A stretch of DNA of 64,000 bases from Harriotta raleighana (Eukaryota). Location of the stretch: contig JBNZDD010013724.1 of assembly GCA_050575255.1 (NCBI GenBank), positions 6,747,786 through 6,811,785 on the forward strand, given 5' to 3'. Position numbers and translations under genes: made by a program. A model generated the notes under the pieces. It ran no database searches. It saw only the letters and a list, made by a program, of their open reading frames with translations, and was not told where the DNA came from. Below, in pieces: positions 10,380 to 23,382 of this stretch; the first letter of the stretch is position 1, and each line of letters opens with the position of its first letter.

Positions 10380-13300
10380 TCCAAGGTTTCCATGGCATTA
10401 AATAGCATTCAAAGGACCCTTGAAAATTTGGAATTTTAAATTAGGAGGAGAAACTTGCAAATTAAATGCATTACAGAAAGGAAAATTGAGGGGAAACATT
10501 ATACAGTATAAGTTTTTGAAATATTGACAATGGTTTCATCAATTCTGTGCCATGTTGGATGATCTCAAATGAGGTTGCAGATGAGGTGTTACAACTGGTC
10601 TCTAGTGAGGAAGGAAAACCAGAATACCATACTTCCATTTGGTTTAGTGCTTTTCATATCAGGAAGACATCCAAAATGCTTCACAGAATAGCTTGTGTTG
10701 TGTAGGACTTTGTATTTTGTATGGATTTCAAATCCCAGCTAGAGCTCCCATTCCTGATAATTATTTCTATGATTTCAACTAGAGAATTCCACAGAACCCA
10801 CATTGTTTCAACATATCAGTCATGTTGACATGATACAAGCTGCACTGTATAACTCTGCTATTAGCTTCACATTCTGATACTTCTTGACAGTTCCTGTGTG
10901 TTTCAAGCAGAAGTTTCTAATTCCTATCGGACATAAATTTACTCTGAGTTTAAGATTACCAGATCCTTTGTAGAATGGGTTTGCCTGAATTTTAAGACAA
11001 TGATGTTTTCTTAGCCAGTATTTGTGACCCATTTTATTGTTGTTACTCTGTGGTTGTTTCCCGAATAGCCAGTTCCAAAACTTTTTCTGCAAATTCATTT
11101 TCTCTCTTGAAAAAGAAGTGCAGCCTGAGGCAGTGACTTTAGTGAGATATGAACTGCGAATGAAACACTGGGAACCGGTGCGAGATAGCAACTGGCCTTC
11201 CATGATTTGCATGATTTGTCAATCCTATCCATCNCATATTTGCATGATTTGTCAATCCTATCCATCCACTGAAATTGAACTTGGAAGTACAGTACATGAG
11301 GTAGCATTGAGTACGTGTGCAACATAAGAGGGACAATTTTCTGAAGGTCAGTACATTTATGGACTTTGCCGTGTGAGAATGTTTTGTTTTTTTGCTGGTC
11401 TGATTATTCATGAACCTTCATAGAATTATCCCTTAGGGGGTCTGACCTTTACAACAAAGAAAAGCACATGGATCATTAAACTCACATGCCATAGAGGTGT
11501 TTACTGATCTGCAGTTTAAAGATATGCTGGTATTAGTAACAATTGTACTTATCATTTTACTTCTGAAATACAACACCTAAACACAATAACCACAGCTGAG
11601 ACTTGTAGTTAGAACAATTTTTTCATCACTTTCCATTAAACAACTACATGAACATTATTTTAAATATGGTTCATTTTGAAGATATTTTGAAGATAACGAT
11701 TATAATCCTCATATTTGATTGTAAAGCACAACGAAAGAGCATGAATGGTACTGAAATGCATCCTGATATTTTCGCATATCATCACAGTATTTATTGTATT
11801 TGCAAGTTCAACGGGTTTTCCTTGTTCGACACCCAAAATATTTTTGTTTGTGAAGACTCTGTCCCTTTTAGAACATTTACTATTTGTTATAATGTGGAAA
11901 ATAGCAGAATTTTATTATAATTGCCTCTTGGCAAAAATTTTGTTTGCCAGACCACAATAATTTTAATGTAGCATTGTGAAGTGCAATTTTAGGATAGACA
12001 CGAGGAAGTGTTTCTTTACATAGATAGAAATCAACAGTTGGAACAGGTGACTGAGAAAATGGATAAGGCAGTTGACTCATTTTAGAAAGAGCTTGACAAT
12101 GTAAACCTTGCTTGTTGTCTCTCGTGATCTGTTGAGGAATATCTCTTTATTGGTACTAAATTAATGAGAAGCAGAATAACTGAGTTTGGTAGCTCAAAGC
12201 AGAACATATTTCCATTTTGATACAGTTCATCCTTTCTACATGCTTCGCTCCAACTATTTCTGTTTCCCCCTCCTTGCTTGGCATCCAAACCCACCAATGT
12301 GAAGCACTCAAGATTTTCTACGTGAAGGGTGCTTTCTAAATGCTATATAAATATATCCGCTGTTGTTATTGACGACATTTAGCTGCATCACAAATGATAT
12401 TCTCTGTTCAATGTCCCTTTTAGAATTGGCACAATATTTGGAGCCTAAGAATATACCGGCCTGAGAAAGACTATTGTGGTCCATCTGGCAAGTTCCAAAT
12501 GAAGATTAAAAAATGCACTACTTCTATTCTCCTTGATCAATTATAATGGAAAATCCCTTTGCCAGCACAGAATGCCAAGTTTGTTTGCATTAGCAAAATT
12601 ATTTATCTTTAGAGTGTCAGTGAAAGGCAGTGTGTCAGCACCCTCATGTACGCTCTTTTCCCCCTGTAGGTCACCCTACACCATTCACTAATTCTGTATT
12701 TTAAATAGAATAGATGACCTTGCCTGCCCAGTTCTTTGCCAATGGTGCTTTGTTGTCAGGTGATAGGTGTTCTGCATGAGCTGCACAGGTTAATTTGCCC
12801 TTGGTTTTTTTCCCTCTCACTACCCTTTGGTGAAATGTTTTTTCTCCATTTGTCAACACCTCCAATAGCCTCATTAAAAACAAAATGTCACTGTGAGATC
12901 AGAAACGGGATGGGTAAAATCATATCTATCTTTGATTAGCCCCGGGCATTCAGTAATAGACAACAATCACAATATGTGCTTTTGTTTGTGTTTAATTACT
13001 GTTGAAATTCACCATATTTTTCTGCAAGGAACCAATTAGTTTGTGTTTAAACTGAACCTTTGCTTAGGTGTTTGAGTCAGGCTCGAGCAAATGTTGTGTC
13101 AACCAAGTCTTTAACTGCTTTTCTTGCTGTAGTCTTCCACTCCCAGGCACATGATGTGGAAAGTACAAATGTACAGGTCACAATCCTGTTATGCAAACAT
13201 TCCATCATATTCATTACCACTTTACTTGGCAGTGCTGAGTTTTAACGTATCTATTCACACACACCTTACCTCAAAGTGTGTTGCCCAATCCATCTCTTCT

Positions 13301-14149
13301 TGGCAACATTTGCATGTTCCACAGCACGATCGCCATCATTGTGCTGCAGATGTGAGGAATTCCTGACCATTTACTAAAACTGGAGACAAAGGAGATCTAA
13401 TAATAAAAGGCCTTCACTTGTTGTAGAGGACAGCGTGTTGGAGTCACAATCCAAATTCATGTTGGTGTCAGTACAGCTGTCTTGCCAAATTCTAGTTAAG
13501 TCTGTGTAAATGTGATTTTAAAAAAAGCCACAATACTGTCTTCAAATCATTGATCAATTAACTGACATTCAATTTATACCAGGTTAATACAGTACTGTAA
13601 TTTGATGAATACAATATCTGCTGATACAAAATGTTTAAAATATTACTAAAATTAATTTCCAAAAAAAAGTATTGTTAAAATATTCAAACTCATGGACTGT
13701 TGTATTTTACCAATGCAGTGTGCTAGCTTGAAGCAAGATAAATCTTTTGTGGATGCTATTTTTAGTCAAAGAGTAAGCTAGTCTAAGAGCTTTTGAGTTC
13801 TGTGTCCCTTTAACCTGGTCAGATAAGCTAAGCCATTAAGCTGTCTGATAATTTCCGTCTGCTACTGGATATCAATGGCAAACCCAAACATCATTTATAA
13901 GGAGGTGCTCAGCTATGATACTTTCTTGCATAATGTAGTTTGACATTTCAAAAGGTGTTTTAAAAGCAGTCCTTTGCTGTTTCGAGGTTTTCCTCATTGC
14001 CGGCAGAGCCAAGTATTTCCAGGTTATTGTGACAACATACAGTAACTTGCATAGACATGCTGATGTTAGTACAGCTCCTCGCTTCTCTGCAATCTGCAAG
14101 TTGTAGTGATACCATGGATTTATTACGGCCTATTTTCCCACTGTTTTGT

Positions 14150-14335
14150 ACTCTCCAAGGCACTGGATCTTGCAGGAGCCAGCAGCCCACTGGTCTCTCA
14201 CTCAAGTCATTTTTCATGTGTCACCTTAGAGCTTGAACATTGACAGATTGATTGTGGAGGGCATCAAAGCTGATCCTGAACCTCCTCTTCATCCAGCAAC
14301 CAGACATGTGCACTATCCATTAAAGAAATAATTGG
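14150..14335 (-). mobile_element. Old SINE fragment (same family as 21680-21920 and 30255-30445)
   Basis: Reverse-complement similarity to 21790-21920 (gaggacaggatcaggct...atgccc...cacatgaagaatggccac). Confidence 0.55.
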
Positions 14336-15369
14336 TGGGGCTTCTTGTTCAGTGCAAGCATGCACAACGTGTGATACCAGAAGTGACGCTAGCAAAGCAT
14401 GTTAAGCATCAAGTAACTGTACAGGAAGTGATATTATCGATGGCCTGGTGACCTGGAAAACAGCCATATTTTGTGACCTTGATTAAAATGTGGTCATACA
14501 TTTCTTGGACCCAGCTGACTGTATTGTGACAGGGTTTCCCTGTAGAACAATCTGTATAAATCTTTGCCACGGGGTCTGGAGCATAGAGTTGAGGTAAATT
14601 TATTTGGTAATCAGCAAATTGGTTTATGTAGTCAGAATACCAGTGCCTAAAAGCAGATAAGATCATTTACTTTAATTTTTTGTTTCTCTATATTGTATTC
14701 AGCATCAAGTGTAAATTGAATAGGATGACCTTTTGTTAGTGAACGAAATTGACTGCATTTCCAAAGATTCTTTGGTTTCTATTACCATAAATATTGATAT
14801 TGGATCCATAATCTGAATCGGGTCTCGAATAAGAATATCTTTTAGCGGTTTGTCCTGTTCACATTATTTAGAATTATAATTTGTTTTTATCTAGTTTGAA
14901 AAGGTTATTATTATAAAGACATTAAATGTACACTGTGTAAGCAAAGATAAATGCATTATTAAATTCAATAACTGAACTGGATTATTAATGAAAAGGTTAA
15001 GCAAATTATAATGGGTTACTAACTGAACCTCGAAATTGCATTCTTACTGAACTGATAACTAAAACTGTTCCCTGAAGTACTGAAGTATATGTTGCAGTTT
15101 TGTTTCCTAAGAAAACTTCATGTATAAAACCACTTTTTATCATTAAATGGCCCAGCACATTGGCTCATCATTGTGCTACAATACTGGACTCGTATTTCGA
15201 AACACGGTTAATACCTGAGAAAAATATTTAGTAGATAAATATATAACACAATATGATAATTTAATTACACCATAACTCATTTGCAACCCTATTGTTCGTG
15301 GGTTATTGGATCAGGCCATCATAGAATATGTTTCTATTCCATGATCACTCATTATGTGAACTCTATTCA

Positions 15370-15530
15370 GCAACGACAACAACAAAATTACATTTGTATA
15401 CTACCTTTCACGTTGGGAAGATATCCCATGGTTCTGGGCAATCAGAGTTTCGGACCCTCGGAATCAGGGAGGGTGGAGTACAGGAGGGGAAGGAGGGTGA
15501 CTGAAGGCACTATTGAAGAGGAGGGTCTTA
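15370..15530 (-). mobile_element. L2 3' terminal fragment
   Basis: (CAA)n tail followed by aaattacatttgtata...ctttcacg, the reverse complement of the L2 terminus at 16130-16188. Confidence 0.75.
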
Positions 15531-15814
15531 TTCCAGCTCCAAACATGTCATGACACATGCAAATTGAAATACTACATGTGAAGAGTTTGGGAGCTTCAAA
15601 TTATTTCACTTGATTATAAACGCAAATTGCAGCACCAACAAAACTGATCTGAATTGATTTGGTTACTCTAAACTAAATATACCAACACAATTAATTGTAT
15701 AATCATTCATTCTTATTGAATAAAGATAATGACTGTGGAACACATCATCCTAACTGTAACATTATTCGATAACATGAGTACCATATTTCAAAAGCTCTCC
15801 CAAGAGGAAGGAGT

Positions 15815-16188
15815 CTCTCTGACCTGCTGTCTCCATATCAGCCTGCCCGTACCCTCCGTTCAGCAAATTCAGGCCTGCTCCGCGTCCACCGCCCTAACCG
15901 CCCAACCATCGGTGGCCGGACTTTCAGCCTCTCTGCCCCCACACTCTGGAACTCCATCCTACAGTCCCTCCGCCTTGCCTCCTCCCTTTCCTCCTTCAAG
16001 GCCGGTCTCAAGACCTTCCTCTTCGACTGCGCCTTCGGCTCCCCTCCTGATTCTTCCCCCCTCCCACTCTCCTTCCCTCTCCCCCTATCCCCAACCCTCC
16101 CTCCCTGCTCGGGTCCCGAACTGACTGTTCAGCGCTTTGGGACGTCCTCCCGACGTGAAAGGCACTATACAAGTGTAATTTTGTTGTC
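15815..16188 (+). mobile_element. L2 3' end (ORF2 tail + 3'UTR)
   Basis: LSDLLSPYQPARTLRS...PTIGGRTFS...PTLWNS; terminus cagcgctttgggacgtcctcccgacgtgaaaggcactatacaagtgtaattttgttg. Confidence 0.9.
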
Positions 16189-16237
16189 TGTTCTTGTGAG
16201 ATTGAGCTGAAAGATTGCAATGTTAATGGTAGTTATC

Positions 16238-16636
16238 CTCTATCCCAGAAGGTAGAGTTCAAAGTCCTCACTTTCAAAACCCTCCACGGACTTGCTCCTC
16301 CCTACTTCTGCCAACTCCATACCAATCTCTCCGCGGAGCGCTCCAGCTTGCTCCATGTCGCCTGCTCTGCCTGCCCCGCCATCTGCGGTTTGGCCTTCAA
16401 TCTTTCTATCTCTCTGAACTATCCCACAATCTCTTTGCCTCATCTCTTCCCTTGCTTTCTTTAAAACCTGTCTCGAAACCTATCATGCATTTGGCTTCCC
16501 TTATACTCCCACCCTCCTTGCCCTCCCTCCACTCTTCCTGATCCCATCCTCCAACTGGGGTGCAAATTCTTGACTGCAGCACCTTGGAACATCCTCCTGA
16601 CATGAAAGGCGGTATACAAATGCAAATTGTTGTTGT
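16238..16636 (+). mobile_element. Older L2 3' end, adjacent to the previous copy
   Basis: cccagaaggtagagttcaaagtcctc...ccacggacttgctcc; terminus gacatgaaaggcggtatacaaatgcaaattgttgttg. Confidence 0.8.
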
Positions 16637-16689
16637 AATAAAAAATCTAGGACAGCCCTCAATAACAATAATAAAAATAATCCTTGCAT

Positions 16690-17235
16690 TTAACCTTTAT
16701 AAAACTTTGGTTAGGTGTCAGCTGGAGTACTGTGTTCAATTCTGGTCATCACTCTATAGAAAGGATGTTAAGGCATTGGAAAGGGTGCAAAGAAGGTTTA
16801 CTAGAATGGTACCAGGATTGAGGAACTTCAGTTATAGGGAAAGGTTAGATAGGCTAGGTTTATTCTCTTTGGAACAGAGAAGGTTGAGAGGAGACTTAGT
16901 AGAGGTTTATAAAATCACGAGGGGATTCGACAGGGTGAATAAGGAAAAACTGTTTCCACTGGTGGGTGAACCTGTGACTCGTGGTCACAGATTTAAAATA
17001 GTTTCAAAATGAAGCAGAGGGGAGCTGAGGAGAAACTTTTTCACTCAGTGGGTTATTTGAATCTGGAATGCATTGCCTAAAAAGGTGGTGGAGGCCGATT
17101 CGATAACAGCTTTTAAAAGACAATTAGACTTTTATTTAGGGAGAACGGGTCTGTTAGATTATAGGGAGAAAGCTGAGCAGTGGGATTGAGTTGCTCTTTT
17201 CAAAGACTAGATGGGCCGAATGGCCTCTTTTTGTG
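16690..17235 (+). mobile_element. CR1 LINE ORF2 C-terminus and 3'UTR
   Basis: LYKTLVRCQLEYCVQFWS...LERVQRRFTRMVPGL...RRLRGDL.EVYKI; ends in (attctatg) repeats; in-frame stop present. Confidence 0.95.
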
Positions 17236-17304
17236 CCGTAAAATTCTATGATTCTAATATAGCACCAACTTTCACGTCATGATTTCTCAAAGCACTTCAC
17301 AGAA

Positions 17305-18005
17305 AGACAAACCCGGAAATTACAGGCCAGTCAGCCTTACTTCGGTAATAGGAAAACTATTGGAGACCATGATCTGGGGCAGAATAAATCTCTATTTAGA
17401 GGAACACAAGGTAATTAGAGATAGCCAACATGGATTTGTTAAAGGCAAATCTTGCGTAACAAATCTAACAGAATTTTTTGAAGAGGTGACTGCGAGGGTT
17501 GATGAGGGAAATGTGGTGGACGTTATTTACATGGATTTCAAAAAGGCTTTTGACACAGTACCGCATAAGAGATTAATAAAAAAATTAGAGGCCCACGGTA
17601 TTAAGGGGACAGTGGCAGTTTGGATTAAGAACTGGCTGCGTGACAGAAAGCAGGGGGTGGTGGTTAATGGGAGTTTCTCAAAATGGAAGGAGGTGTGCAG
17701 CGGTGTCCCCCAGGGATCGGTATTGGGACCACTGCTCTTTCTAATATATATTAATGATCTGGACTTGGGCATAGAGAGCACTATTTCCAAGTTTGCAGAT
17801 GATACAAAGTTAGGTAGGGTAGGAAATAGTGAGGAGGATTGTAACCAATTGCAATAGATATACACAGAATGGTGGAATGGGCTGACATGTGGCAGATGGA
17901 TTTCAATGTGGATAAGTGTGAGGTGATATACTTAGGTAGGAAAAAATGATAGGAGGCAATATAGACTTGGTAGCTCAATCTTAAGGGAGATGAAGGTACA
18001 GAGAG
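17305..18005 (+). mobile_element. CR1 LINE reverse-transcriptase fragment (inactivated)
   Basis: PGNYRPVSL, QHGF, DFKKAFD, GVPQGSVLGP and FADD motifs; stop at 17855-17857. Confidence 0.95.
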
Positions 18006-18010
18006 ATTAT

Positions 18011-18293
18011 GAGACCTGTGTTCGAATCCAGGCAGATCAGGGCGAAACCTTGGGCAAGTTTCCTTACTCCACATGCCTAATAATAATCCCTCCCCAAAAA
18101 GATAAATAAATAATAAAATTGGTCGTTTCAATCCTCGACTGTTTGTGGGACACTGCTGTGCGCAATTGGCTGCCGTGTTCCGCCCACAAATATACAGTCA
18201 ATTCACTTTACAGTATATTCTGTGAAGCGCTTTGGGACGTTGATAAGATGTGAAAAGCGCTATATCAAATGCAAGGATTATTATTATTATTAT
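18011..18293 (+). mobile_element. tRNA-derived SINE (A box missing), inserted in or after the CR1
   Basis: B-box-like gttcgaatcc; body and tail as in the other copies; (ATT)n end. Confidence 0.88.
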
Positions 18294-18294
18294 N

Positions 18295-18450
18295 AGAGAG
18301 AACTGGATAGGTATCTGGGGAAGATGGGTTTGCAGGGTTATGGGGAGAAAGCTGGTGATTGGGGTTAATAAAAGTGACATTGCTCTGTCTAAGAGCCACA
18401 CAGACCCGAATGGCCTTCTTCTGTGCCGTAACCTTTTATGATTCTATGAA
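18295..18450 (+). mobile_element. CR1 3' terminus
   Basis: gagagaactggataggtatctggggaag...ccgaatggccttcttctgtgccgtaa...tatgattctatg. Confidence 0.8.
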
Positions 18451-21400
18451 TTGTCCATAACCTGTAGTGACTGTATAATGGAGCACAACAATGTCCCGCA
18501 AAACAGTGAAGAAATCAATGAACAATTTTAACCCAAGCAATCTGGCCAGGAGACTAGGAGAAAATGTATTTTTTTTTCAAATAGAGTTATGGCATGTTTA
18601 ATGTCCACCTGAGCAGGCAGAATTACATTTAAGAATGTGCAGAGCCACATGTCACATAGACTCACAGCCAGGGACTCACAGCACGACAAAGGGATTCTCT
18701 TTTAATGAACTCTCATTAACATAGCACAGCACAGAGTTATCGGTAGAGTATCCAGCTCAAGATGTTCCTCCACTTGTTCATATTAAGTGGCTCTGAGCCA
18801 TGCTGACTGTTATATTCCCTATTAACTTCCAAATTTGTTTAAGAAGTAAACCGCTAAAATGTAATTTAACTGTGTTTTGTAGTGGTTAACAACAACAACA
18901 ACAAAATTACACATGTATACCGCCTTTCACGTTAAATTACGTAGTTTCAATTATACTGGTCTTGAGTTGCAAAAAAAGGAAAATCAGTTACATTGAAAAA
19001 AAACTTATGCTTCAAAAAGTTACTACATCACAGATATATGACACAGATTACCGGCTAGCAGAGTGAATGTTTGGAGTGCTGCCCAATGCAACAAGAAGCA
19101 AGGAGGCATGGAGTGAATGACAAGGAAAGAGCAAGATGAAATAGTCTCTTGGAGTCCTGAATATGGATATAAATAACAGAGCAAGGGAATTGAGTTGGAT
19201 AATTTACTTTTGAATCCTACTCCCTTTTATTATTTTGCTCCATTGATTTCTGCACTTAATGGAATCAAGTTCCAATTTCCGCTTTTGAAGACAAGGTAGG
19301 AAAGGATTGATACAGATAAGGGTGAATTGCTGCTTCTGATCTGGCTGAATTGAGACGTTCAAGATTTATTCGAGAATATCTGAATGTTGGGCTAAGTCAA
19401 ACACCATATTCACTAAGATAATGGCACCACTCATGCCAAGTAGATTAATTTGTCATTTGCTTTGTTTTTCTATGCATATGCATTTCTATTGTGTTTGTAG
19501 GCTCCATTCTTTTCTATGATCTGAAGTGTATGAAAATTGAATTGTGAGTGTTAAGTACAGTATATTTATATTAATCTTTTATCTTGGAAACTTATGTATG
19601 TATGGTCTAGGTTTGCATAGTCAGTTTGAACTCCTGATATGAAAGGCACTTTACAAGTTTAATTTTTTTTGCTGTTTTTTGTACAGTTTAGCCCACAGAG
19701 TATTTCTCTTAACATCTATTTCCATTAAAAGTATTACTATACTCGCCCATTCATTTACAAGCTCTATTTTAATGATGATCTGTAAAATTTGATCGTGATC
19801 ATAACTTAAATTCCACATTAATCCAAATGTAAAGCAAAACTAGCCTTTCTTTGAAAGTTGTTTTCACATACTTTCAAAGATTCCTGAAAGATATAAATTA
19901 AAACAACAAATCTGCCCTCAATCACTTTGATTGTCCATTAAGAAGTAACACTTTTCTCTCTTTTTAAAAAAAAACACTACTACTGTTCCAAAATGCTTCT
20001 AACCTTGAATCCTTAACCAGCCACTTTTAGAGTATGAAGCAATAAACCAGAACTGCCAATATTCTGTTTTGTTCTGAACTGTTTTGTGTCTTACATTACA
20101 AAGGTCAAATAGATAAAGCTACGATTAATTAACTACCTATTTTGACCCTGTTTGTGAGAGATCTATAGGTGGACGTCATGAGGGAAGTGAAATGACGTTT
20201 CCTGATATATTCTATTTGCCCAACTTTGTTTGAATAACTAAAGAAAGGTTCAAAATGACCAATCGATTCCAATTTCCAAATTTTTCATTACAAAGAATAA
20301 AATAATTTCATGGTGTATACTTTCTGTTTTAACTGTTTTAATATTAGAGATATTCATTTCCTCTATGCAAATAGAGTTTAATTAAAAAAGAATTTACAGG
20401 TCCTTAATCTTATTGAAACTTGGAGGAAAAGACCTCCTTTCCGCCCCCATCCCCAATTCATCTGCAATCTAATTTTAGTGTAATTGTACTTTTTACCTCA
20501 TTAGTTTTTCCTTCTACCTTCAATTTACCAGCTTTTTAAAATATATTTCTAATTTTCTTGACTTATTATCGACTATCTGAGAATCCCAAGAATTTTTTAG
20601 TCCATGTTTACAACAACATCTTGCATATATACAATATCCAATACACAGGAATACATCTTCAGATTTTATGGGGGCTATTAAAGTTTTGTAGAAGTGGGTT
20701 TTTTTTATATGTCTTTTCATGTTGTTTTGTCAACCTTCCTCAAAAAGCTCCGGGATGCGAGATCGCAAGGGCTCATCTTTTTTTTCATTTGAACATCCAG
20801 ATCTAGGAAATGGAAGATTGGATATCACCAATTACAGAATGAGATTCTGAATTTGGCTCCCTGTCAGCAATCCTTTGGTGTCATTGTAAACCCACACCAA
20901 TCATTTATTATTCATGTAATATAATTGATCCTATTCTTTGATAAAATCATGTGTACTGTCAAAATGATCGTTTTATATATTAAAGACATTTAGTTCCTCA
21001 AATCAAACCAATGAGGATCTAATGTAGAAATCTACCCAAATCACGTCACACCTAGTCCATGTTTATCCTTATAAACGCCTGCCTTCAGCATGGATGTGAT
21101 CTTTGTAATCCTTGGATTAATGATCGATTAATGAAATGTAGTTTCTGGACTGAAATATATCTTAGATTTAAGGACTCTGCACATCAAAGACCTTCTGAAA
21201 TCCATCCATGGTACATCTGTTTGTAACGTTTTATAATGCATCTTGCTGAAAGCTTTGTACTTATGTTTTGGCAGTTTCTAGATTTTGTTGCTACTTTACA
21301 AATTTGGGGGTGAAGATCCTCATCATTTCACTGTTTAATTCTAGTGTGGACACACATTTTTAATTAGCAACAATAAAAAAGGTTCCATAGAACCAAAGAA

Positions 21401-21679
21401 ATCCACAAGAGAGTCGGACGCAAGTTAACCTTTATTAGGGTCTGCATTTGCTACACAATTAAGCGATTCATCCTTATCCCTATTCTCTTTCTCTGTACAC
21501 TCACATGCCCTTCTTCTGCATGCGCCTGAATGGCCTGCTCGAGCTGTAATCTCACCTTTAACATTCTATGTATTTACATCCCTAGAATCCTTTGTTCCTC
21601 CATTCCATTGGGACTTTTACCACTTGGGATATATTTTTGTTCTCTATTCATCTTCCAAAATGTATGATGATTCGTTGGT

Positions 21680-21920
21680 TAAATTCACTGCTGAATATGG
21701 AACTAAGCCACATATCAGTTAGCTGTGTCCCTGGGCTAGGGGAAAATTCAGCCATGAATCCTGTTCCTGATTGCTGTTTAGTGACTCCTACTGGAAAGTG
21801 CGTGCGTATAGATGTCAATGAGGACAGGATCAGGCTTGAACACAATGCCCCTTATGGCCAATTAGCTTGCTGTCGTTCAATGGTTATTCTCACACATGAA
21901 GAATGGCCACCTGGGCAACA
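21680..21920 (+). mobile_element. Old chondrichthyan SINE body
   Basis: Overlaps in sequence with 30255-30445 (aaaatt...cctg.tcct) and with the reverse complement of 14150-14335; family name not assigned. Confidence 0.55.
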
Positions 21921-22845
21921 TCCCAATGGACTGCAAATACAAAAAGAACTATACTACAGGATGACTTACTCACCGCCTTAGGGAAAGAATTGGGGGAATA
22001 ACAGTATATACATGGCGGCAAGTACGTATGACTAATGTTATACATTTATATTTTTCTTTATTAGGCTTCAAAAAGAAAATTCTTCTACTAATTAGGCTCC
22101 ATTCATGAATGTCTTATATGATCAAATTATAATCATGTTCAGTTTTCTTTTTACTACAGATGAATGCCAGATTAAAGCAAATTCCACTTGTTATCTACAG
22201 ATAATAGAAGATATAATATCTTTTTAGAAAGCTTCACAATATTTATACAAGCAAGGACAACCTGAAAGATGAGTGATTTGATAACATAAATCCCTTTAGA
22301 GAATAAACAGTCACTGTTCACTTTTTAAGACTCCTACACTTTGGGGGTAACCTATTAAACAGCTGATTTCAACAGAATCTTTCAAATTCAGTTCTGCCAG
22401 TCTGTTTTCCATCTGAAAACTGTATTGAAAAATGGACTTTAGATCCATTTGGTTTAGTTTATATTCTGCGCTTAAGGAGATGTTCTGGACAATTTACTTT
22501 GCAGTATGATGGCTTGCTATAGTCTGTTTACGTAACAGTAGTACTCACTACATACTAATCATATTTTATTTTATTTTATACACATGTCCCATTACTGGAC
22601 TTGTGGGGGAAGGTGGGGGGGAAAGGGGGAAGGGCATTATTATTTCTACACTTATGCCACTGCCCCCTCACTGTACACATAATTCCACTGCTCAGTAAAG
22701 TAGAGCACTGAATAGGATCTTCTTATCCTAAGTGGACACTGGCAATGTTGGTAACTGTACCACTAATAATAACAATAATCCCAGCATTTGATATAGTGCT
22801 TTTCACATCTTCTCAAAACACTTCACAGAATATACTGTAAAGTGA

Positions 22846-23093
22846 CAAAAACAGAAATCGCTGGGAGCAATCAGAAGATCATGCAGCATCTATGGAGAAA
22901 GGAAAAGTGAGTCAACGTTTCGGGTCCAAGACCCTTCATCAGAACTGACGAAGGTTCTGACAAATGGTGGTGGACCCGAAACGTCGACTCACTTTTCCTT
23001 TCTCCAAAGATACCTGACCTGCTGAGTGTTCCCAGTGATTTCTGTCTTTGTTTCAGATTTCCAGCATCTGCAGTACTGTATTTTGCATTTTTG
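22846..23093. mobile_element. Non-autonomous Penelope-like (inverted pseudo-LTR) mini-element with hammerhead motifs
   Basis: ~95-nt inverted arms; 14-bp direct repeat atactgtaaagtga at 22832-22845 and 23094-23107; CTGANGA...GAAACGT(T/C)-type cores on both strands. Confidence 0.75.
22910..22946 (-). ncRNA. Minimal type I hammerhead ribozyme motif (dimer-type)
   Basis: Minus strand AGUU-CUGAUGA-A-GGGUC-UUG-GACCC-GAAAC-GUU-GACU: intact core, 5-bp stem II, 4-bp stem I, palindromic AACGUU in place of stem III. Confidence 0.65.
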
Positions 23094-23289
23094 ATACTGT
23101 AAAGTGAAATTGACTGTACATTTGTGGGTGGAACACTGCAGCCGATTGCGCACTGCAGTGTCCCACAAACAGTCATGGATTGATTATTTGTTTTTCTTGA
23201 GGGATTATTATTAGCCGTATTGAGTGAGGAGTAAGGAACTTGCTCAGGGTTTCACCCTGCCTGAAACTGAACCAAGGTCTCTTGCTTGT

Positions 23290-23382
23290 TTGGGTCCCCC
23301 TTGCTCGGGTCCCGACCTGACTATTCAGCGCCTTGGGATGTCCTCCCGAAATGAAAGGCACTCTAAAAATGTAATGTTGTTA
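23290..23382 (+). mobile_element. L2 3' terminus
   Basis: gctcgggtcccgacctgactattcagcgccttgggatgtcctcccgaaatgaaaggcact, near-identical to 16107-16170. Confidence 0.8.

Larger units (their letters stand above)
22764..23288 (-). mobile_element. tRNA-derived SINE interrupted by a palindromic Penelope-like mini-element
   Basis: Tail 22764-22845 and body 23094-23288 are colinear with the SINE at 6845-7148. Confidence 0.88.

Noticed and set aside
11200-11270. Short tandem duplication around N at 11234
   Set aside because: Same N-flanked assembly artefact pattern
17279-17857. 192-aa reverse transcriptase ORF as a domesticated or active gene
   Set aside because: A truncated CR1 ORF2 piece with downstream stops, no endonuclease domain and an interrupting SINE
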